Part shown: positions 55,682 to 64,000 of the stretch, one piece after another
Position numbering within the stretch: the first letter of the stretch is position 1
Layout of the letters: every line of letters begins with the position of its first letter
Assembly (NCBI RefSeq): GCF_006345805.1
Contig: NC_043011.1
Span: 65,732,464 to 65,796,463 of the forward strand
DNA from: Octopus sinensis
Lineage: Eukaryota
Length of the DNA: 64,000 nucleotides
Direction: 5' to 3'
The notes under the pieces: generated by a model
What the model saw: the letters and a program-made list of their open reading frames with translations, nothing else
Database searches by the model: none
What the model was told of the DNA's origin: nothing
Position numbers and translations under genes: made by a program

Positions 55682-57331
55682 TGTATATATATACATATGT
55701 ATGTGTATATATGTGTATACACACAACGCATATATTTATATAAATATATATATATATATATATAGAAAGAGAGAGAGAGAGAGATTGATAGATAGACTTA
55801 CTGTTATATTTATAATTACCTATTTTGTAATAAGTTTGTGTATGTATTTTAGAAATAATAAATATCTTACCTGCAACCTGTTAACCTGCTGCCTATGTAA
55901 TATCTATATTCCTCAGGACATGCATAATTCGCTAATCGATGGCATACTCCCCAAGGGATACATTCGGGATACTGACCAAGGGATACAGGGTCTAGAAAGT
56001 GAAAAAGAAATATTTTTTTTATAGCGAATAGGCCAACATCAAAACTTTTTAGAAACCTATTAGGAAATTAAATTTACAACATGTCATTACTTGTGAAAGT
56101 TACTATTTCTAAATCTCAATACGAGAGATATTCAGCAACAGTACTTTGGTGAAAAGATCATTTGCCGACATAGCATGGCTTTCCTGGTTTAGGAGGAATG
56201 TTGCTGTAATTTAGCTCCAGGAGACATCATGTCCAGCTGGCTACGCCACACGATCAGTGCCGTTATGTTTTCGAACAAGGGAATTTAGCATCCCCCCTCA
56301 ACTGAAAACTATATCTGTGTATCGCGATCCTTGGTTTATTTCCCTTCATCAGCAAAGAATAATTGTTCGGTCGAATATTGTTACGAACTGGGTGGGTGTG
56401 CTAGATTCACTTGTTCGAAAATATAATGACAAGGATAGAGTTTTATAGAAATCTGGAGAAGATGTCTCCTGGGGCTAAATTACATCAACATTCGTCCTAA
56501 CCTAGGACTGCCGTGTTATGTTGGAAATGATCTTTACTTCCTGTCGTTACTAAAGGAAAAGGAAGACATAAGATTTTGAATAGTGTTATAAATTCTCATA
56601 ACTGACTGATAACACACTTTCTAGCCCGTTCACATCTACGTTTAATTTTGGAAATATGTACTGAACACACTCTAATTATTATATACGTTAATTAATGTTC
56701 ATAGAAATAACATTAATTATAAAGTATTATAAAAGCAGTAGTTATATATCACGATGAAAATATTATAAACGATAAAATCAAATTATAGTTATTTATTACG
56801 TAATATAAATTGCTAGCTATACAAAAAAACAAACGCCTGTTTCTCACTTTAATAGCACTGATAAAGGGTAATTGAACAAATATAATCAGTCGCAAGAATA
56901 AATATACTAAGAAATGCTACGATATCTAAAGATAATTCCAGAGGTTTTTTTTAATGAATAAGGACAATATCGTGCTGCGATTCTACATAGTGATTTCGTA
57001 CTTACTTATGACTCCCAATAATCTTGAGTTTTATATTATTTATTTATATTATTTATATTTATATGGTTGTATATTATTTATTTTGAATTCCTTTGCGAAT
57101 CAACCGATACATTTTCGTTGCAAAATGACAGCAAATTTCGGCATTTTGTTCACATTTATACACTAAATGTTAAGCTGATTATTGCATGTTTGAGGGATAC
57201 ATATTATTTATGGAATGACAAAATTATTTTACCAGCATATGATTGGTGAATCTAAAACTATATTGTACATGAGTACTCGCTCTATCTCTCTTTCTCTATC
57301 TCTCACTTTCTCTCTCTCTCTCTCTCTCTCC

Positions 57332-57362
<31 letters not shown>

Positions 57363-57432
57363 TAAATTCTAGTGTCTATGCGTTTGTGTGTTTGCGTGTG
57401 TACACACACACATACACGCATATATATGTAGT

Positions 57433-57519
<87 letters not shown>

Positions 57520-58244
57520 CATTAACCAAGGCCGTGGTTGAATATAGTCCAACAGTTCATCAATTGCAGCTGGTTCCAAGCTTCACCACTTATCCAATTC
57601 TCAGCTAAATTGCAAAGTGTGAAAAGTTTTAAAGAGGACACCTCCTCAGCTACGTTAGAATATGGCATAAATAGTTTGAGATTTGGTTCAGTAGAAAAAA
57701 TCTATATGAAAATATGTGAGTCTTCAAGGTGGGCAGGAATGTAGGTTTTCATTTTCACTTAACTAAATCTTTTAATTTTAAATAAATGTCTACTTTCCAT
57801 AGGCTTAAATGATAGAAAAATAGTGGAGGAATTGAGAATCGTTAGACGCATTTAACAAAACTCCGTAGAGAAAATGTTATGAGGTGAAATGTTATGAAAT
57901 GTAAAACGCCCCACGCAATAATTGTAATTATAAACACGAATGTCTTTAATGTAGGGTAGCAGAAATGCTGGCACAAATTTTACGACACCGGGCGAAATTC
58001 TTAACGGATTTTTTCCCATCTTTACGTTCTGAGTTCAATTTCCGCGAAGGTCATTTTATCTTTCGTATATTTTATTGTTTAAATGAAATATTTAATATAG
58101 TTATTTTCAATATGCTGTTGAAATAGGGTAAATTTAACTTTTATTATTAATCATGTTTCACATTTAATTAACTTGCTTTCTGCTCTCTTTTGCTTTTCCT
58201 TTTTAGTTGATTTCCTTTTGTTTTATTTAATTATTTAATCAGTC

Positions 58245-60599
58245 TTATTCATTAATACTTGAGCAATATGTATCTAACCTAATTGGGGCAGAAATACAAT
58301 CACTTTTCGCTGGGTCTGTGATTATATTCCAAATTTATTTTTGAAATTTAAAGAATAATTGAAGGGGATTTTTCATAAATTAAATTTATATTAATGGGAT
58401 GTAGGTAATTTTAAATTGTGTATATCAGATATGCTTTCATAATTTCTCTTGCATTGAATAATTATCTATATATCTAGATGAGCAGCAGTCAGTGTTATTA
58501 TCACCAACTCGAGATCTAGGTTACTTAACGTGAGCCTATGGGTATTTTAAAATAAAGAACTAGGTAACAGATGGTTTTGGTGCCTTGTTCCTTGTAACTT
58601 CTGGGGTGTCATAGAGCAACCGATAACATGGTAAAAATGTCTGCCATTAATTTCGCGTGGGATGAGTAATATCAAATAATTCAATCATAACATATATATA
58701 AATTGAACATGAAAATCTTTAAATATTATTTTCACCTACATACACATATTGAAACATTGAAATATTATCTTTCAGCATTATATAAGAAAAAATATTTTAA
58801 TTTATTAATTAACAAATTATTAATTATCGTATAAAAGCAATGCCTGGAAATTTTTATTTAAAATATTATAGCTAAAATTAAACTTTGAGTATTAAATTTT
58901 TTTATTGTAGGATACAAATAGCTCTAGAATTTGGCTAATTTAATACTTGAAATACCGGCAAATGTGACTATTTAGACAAACGTACAAATTAACTGAACAG
59001 TATTGTACAATACGTTTTTAAAATGAGAACTGTAAAGAACGATCAGTTATGAGAAATGGCATTCTTTGCTGCAATATTCGAAGTAAAAATGTTCTTATTC
59101 TTTATTTAAATAGAATTAATAGCTTGTTCTATACTCTTCCAGGTTTACTAACTTGTCCTGTACTTTCCCAGATTTATAATCGAAAAAATATTACTTTCCA
59201 TTTAAGCATTTTCCATGTTATATACAAATGCATATTAGAACATATTGACATAAATGGAAGATTCAATGATCTTTCACATCGAATCGGGTGCATGTTGGAA
59301 TGCATCTCTTTACATCATTGTAAATATAACTTAAATAATGTAGACATGACGAGAAAGACACCTTGCTGTGCACATGTCGCTTGGATATTTACCACTCCGA
59401 ATGTTCTGCTTTCCATAAAACAACAACAGCTTGGACATTATCCACTCCATTCCTTAACACTTCTACATATGCGTGTGTATATGTATTTATGTATATATAT
59501 ATATATACATTTATGTGTGTCTGTTTGTGTGTGTGTTTGTGCATGCGTGTATATGTGTAGTTACTTTCAGGAAGTTTTAACCTCATTAGGATTGTATAAT
59601 CCAAAGTATTTTACTTCTTTTATCCGTAACATATAATACGATAATCATTGATATAAGTTCAGGATTATTGAAATTATCAATATTGGGAGAAGGAAGCGAA
59701 GGAAAATTGATAGTGAATAGATGTAATTAATATTTTCTTTCTATGTTACAAAAATATAAAATTTAAAGATATAAGAGTAGAAATAAAATTAAATCTCAAA
59801 AATAAATTAATTACAAAAACACCTTCATATATGTTTTAAACGCATCACCTAATTGATGGAAGTTTCGAATCGTTTACTTTAATTCTGAGGGAAAACTGTC
59901 ACATTCCAACAGTATGATGAGAGGAGTTAATCAGGGTTGATATTGAGTTAATTATAGTGAGGTGACCAGTATAGAGTATTAGTGGGGAAAATGTTAAAAC
60001 CTAAATTTTGAAAGTGCATTTGTTTGATGGGATTCGAATATTTGTAAACATACAGTAAACTATATGCTATGAATTTTAACTTGAATTCAGATAAATAATA
60101 CAACTAAATAAATAACGTATCCTTAAAAACTCAAAAGTAAGCTGCAGATAAAAAGAGAGTAAAAACACTAAAATATAAAAAAATATAAAACAAAATATAA
60201 ATAGGTATAAATTTTTTATAAAGTATTAAAACAAATAAAAAGATAATACAAACTTTTAAAAAATGTGAGATGAAATGTTCTAAATATGAAATAACACCAT
60301 TGGATTCTTCATATTAGTTTAGTGGGAGATACATATGAGACACGGTCAGGGTTTACGATGGATGGAAAATGTTAAAAATAACCGTTATGTGTAACTGATA
60401 AAGCTTACATTCCAATCGTCATTGATTGCAGTATGCATATTTCAAGCGTGGTGATATCTCTTAGATAACATAAATTCTAATATGTATATATATATATATA
60501 TATTAATGAATGTATTGCATAGTAGCTATTAGAGCTCCTGTTAAGGAAATAATATTACTCACGGGATATGAGAAGTGCAATAAAAATGAGTATCTTCAT
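58245..60599 (-). CDS. Candidate secreted peptide, type A copy 3, intact (MKILIFIALLISHPAKSDCISAPIRLDTYCSSINE*, 35 aa)
   Basis: Exon 1 60599-60563 (phase 1, gtgagt donor) joins exon 2 58315-58245 (cacag acceptor) in frame. A-K-S fits the (-3,-1) signal peptidase rule. Two Cys in the predicted mature part; AATAAA shortly after the stop. Confidence 0.45.
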
Positions 60600-61252
60600 A
60601 ATGCCGTTTCCTGTAAAATGCTTGTTCTTATGGTGTATGGTTCACTTCTTTTTTAGTATCCTCACTTCCCTTCCTCGTTACTTCATCTTATATTATGCAA
60701 TTTAATGTAACAGATGGTTTAGTCAGAGTGTAACTTCATCGTCTTTGTGATTAATGCTCTATATTTGACGCTTGTATTATATACGTGAGAAGTTATTAAT
60801 TTCAGTATTGATTTACTTTCTATGTGTCGTCATGTTAAGGCTAATTTGATGGAGCTGTGCTTGTATGGAACCTACATCATATATTCCTCTTAAATGTATA
60901 GCGAACATGATATTCCAGTGTTTGAAACTTTCAATCTGCATAAGTCTTTCGTTAATTATATTCAGTGAGAATATTATATATTGAATTAATATTGAGTGCT
61001 CAATTGTATCAAAGTATTGATGCTATTAAAGTATTTATATAATTAATACGAGCGAGTATATATACATATATATATATATATATATTTCTTAATATTATAT
61101 TATTATTAGTAGTATTAAAAAATCAATATCAGAACACATCAGAAAGATATACACGTGTGAAAAAAATGATTGTTGTATTAAAGATATATAAATAAATGTA
61201 AATATGTATAAAAATATATGTAAATATGTATAAGTAAAATTATATAACGTAG

Positions 61253-62399
61253 TGTTACGGGTTTAACTAGTGCAGTGTTTCTGACCCACATAGGAATAAT
61301 GGCACCATCATGTCTGGTGAAAATGTGACAGTCTTTTGTCTAATGGAGGACTGATGGGTTTCGTAATGACCTGTGACATCGTGCGGCTGAGAAGAGGGTC
61401 AGTGTGGAGTGAGAGAGGAGGACAGATTAAGGGAATCTAAGAACAGATGGAGAGGGTAATAGATTGAGGCGATATAGATAGAGTAAGGAATCAGATAGCA
61501 AATAGAAATGCTAAGAGAGCAGTAAGGGACAGATTGAGAATAGAGATAGAGTATAAGGCTAAGAGAGCAGTTAGAAAGGGTAAGAGCGATATAGACAGAG
61601 GGAGATGAGGTAGTGGAAGAAGGACAGAGACGAAGTGAGGTCTGGCAGTTCGTGGTTGGTTGTCGAAGAAGACAGACGGACTCTGGAGGTCAGAGGGAGT
61701 GGATGGAATATTGGAAGCGTTGGAATTCTTAGGAGCGAGCTGGGATGCGAAAGCTTGGCGGCACTGATTGGGATATATGCAGATGGGATATGTACAGAAG
61801 GATTTAGCAGTATTCAGAGGAATTAGCAGGATTGAGAGGAATGGGACACTGGCAGATTCAATTAGGAATTGAGGTATGAGATTTGTGTATTGAACAGTGA
61901 AGAGAATAGTCAGAGACTCTGTCGATATGTCGATTATGGAGTTGTGGTATTTATGTTCAGAATTGAGTAAAGGACTTGTTGATGTGACTTTATCTGTGAT
62001 GTTCAGAAAGAGACTTTAAAAGAACTGTTGTCTGTGGACGTGAACTTTGAATTGTACTCTTGAAATGCTGTTGTATTATGCTTTGATCTGTTACATGATG
62101 TTGTTAAATGCATTGATCTGTTGTATGATGTATTGAGTAGTCACGTGCATGCTCTGATGTATCTTGATGTTGTAACAATTGTAGTTGTCGTATAAACTGT
62201 TGATTGAATATAAGCCAGTGTCTCTGTTGCCTTGCCTCTCTTTGGGTTGTATCTCGGGTTGTGCCTCTGTATCTCTGTGCTGTGCTGCTGTGGTTGTTGT
62301 TGTATCTCTCCTCTCTCCTCCTCTTTGGGTTCCGTGGCGGAACTTGTGAGCCGTTCGGGGCGAGCGACGACGGCGGGCGATTCCGTCCGTTTCGTAACA
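61253..62399. mobile_element. Solo LTR (1147 bp)
   Basis: TGTTACG...CGTAACA termini; 4-bp target-site duplication GTAG/GTAT (one mismatch); empty site ATAACGTATATTACAG at about 1344-1359 and 32187-32202; no coding motifs. Confidence 0.85.
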
Positions 62400-63001
62400 G
62401 TATATTACAGTTTACAAGTTTTGAATTAATTATTTAAAGCACTTTACGATCGTTTAACATTAGAATTTTCCCTATAATGAACTCCTATAGTGATAAGCAT
62501 TTATAGACAACGCTTCTGCTCTTCAGAGATATAAAATTAGAATTGTGTATAACATATCGAATGATAGATTTTTTTTTTTTATAATTTGAAGTAAATGTAT
62601 AAAATATTATTTGTTTGAAGGATAAATTAACAATTAAAAATTACTGCTTTTGATGAGATTCTTTAAATCCATATATACTTCCTTGGTTATTCTTCTGCAA
62701 TAATCCATAATATTCATATTTAAAATCCGTCATATTATCGTTCCAAGTATAGTTCATATAGTTAGTTGAGAAATGTGAAATTTGTATATGCTTTAGTTTG
62801 ATCCTCTTGAAATTCGTATGTCTTCTTGGTAATTCCTCTGTAGCAATCCATAATGCCTTTGTATAAATTTCATTATATTATCCGGTAATCTAAATATAAT
62901 GCATATTACAAAATCAAAATATATTTAAAATATAATTTGGTTCTCTCATATATTTCGTCATGCACCAATCTCTCAATTTAACAACCATACCTTGTACCAC
63001 A

Positions 63002-63859
63002 TACTCAGAAGTTACTGACAGCCTTTGGCAAAGAGAGACAACATCCTAGTAGAAACAAAAATCCAGAAGAACACCCAAACTTTCAGAATGGGACCGTCGA
63101 ACACAAGAGAAATCATAGAAATCTATAAACCACTACTTTCATAAACAAACGTTGCAAAGCGTTTTTTAGTGGTGTGAAATCCTACAGAATTGGTCCCTAG
63201 AGAAGAGAAAGAATGTTATTTTCTCTCACGAGGCAACCTTTAGTATACTTCCAAAGACCGGCAAATTAAACGTCTTAAAGGAACCAGAAGAAGCTTTTGA
63301 CGCAGACTGCCTCCTTTCAACTGTTATAAATGCAGGAGGAAACATGATGATATTGTTGGGTGGGCGCTATATATTGCAAATTCGCCGGCTCAGTGGTTTC
63401 GCGTCATGGCAGAATTAATAATTACGACTATTTAAGCATTTTATCTTATTAATATCATCCTATGTTTGCGAAAATGTTCCTGGAGAGAAACGAAATAATT
63501 CAGGGTGATAATGCACCATTTCACACAGCTAATGTTGTTACTGAATGGCACGAGGGACATTCTAGTGAAGGTAAACCACGTATTCGGTGTCTTCAGGTTT
63601 TAGACCTCAATAATATTGAACTTCTAGGGTGCATTTTAGATACACAAATAATGAGTCGATGTCATCCACCGTTATCAATAGAAGAATTAGAGAATGCTTT
63701 GGCTGAAGAATACATAATAATTCCTTAGTAAACACTTAAAACTCCGTACGAGTCCACACAATTTAAGGTGTAATTACTGCCAAAGTTGGCACTACCTCAT
63801 CTTCAAATAAATTTGTTTGAAATTATGAGGTGTTTCCATTATTTTTGTCAAAGCCTGTA
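63002..63859 (+). mobile_element. Tc1-like relic, third copy
   Basis: Copy of 1951-2806 (ORF 63462-63728). Confidence 0.9.
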
Positions 63860-64000
63860 TATATATATATATGCATATAGGTGTGTGCGGATATATATAT
63901 ATATATATACATTTGTGAGTGTGAATGAGTATATATATATATAAATATATATCTGTGTATGTATATGCATATATATATTCATCTATCTATCCCTCTTTAT

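Larger units (their letters stand above)
60103..64000. repeat. Third, more diverged copy of the unit start (matches about 220-2970)
   Basis: Collinear match including the Tc1 ORF (63462-63728 vs 2409-2675); interrupted by a solo LTR. Confidence 0.95.

Noticed and set aside
57605-57715. Possible plus-strand 111-nt exon (KLQSVKSFKEDTSSATLEYG...) with a gtgagt donor, plus a polypyrimidine acceptor near 58243
   Set aside because: Broken by a stop and an indel in the type B paralogues, and the next acceptor is open only in an incompatible phase. Not fully excluded without RNA data.
59049-59636. 195-aa plus-strand ORF
   Set aside because: Runs through a microsatellite, has no recognisable motif and has the composition of non-coding AT-rich DNA.

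Overview
AT-rich, intron-style animal genomic DNA, dense in (TA)n/(CA)n microsatellites and decayed transposons. The SINE and repeat families look cephalopod (Octopus-like) to me, but I could not verify this. No long intact host gene is present; most ORF-track entries are microsatellite or transposon translations. The window is a nested tandem array: a ~31 kb unit occurs about twice with the start of a third copy (1-20340 vs 30845-51355 is near-identical; the remaining overlaps are visibly more diverged), and each unit holds two older paralogous sub-units. Five minus-strand copies of a candidate two-exon secreted-peptide gene lie in the array; two are frameshifted. Main leads: (1) a 3.6 kb near-perfect palindrome with a minimal type I hammerhead ribozyme motif near each outer end, just downstream of one peptide-gene type; (2) a 3.3 kb retroelement carrying only ORF1-like sequence and no reverse transcriptase, inserted into a SINE with a 15 bp target-site duplication and carrying three 26-bp hairpins with compensatory substitutions; (3) the peptide-gene family itself. 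All alignments and folds were done by eye, so identity values are approximate.
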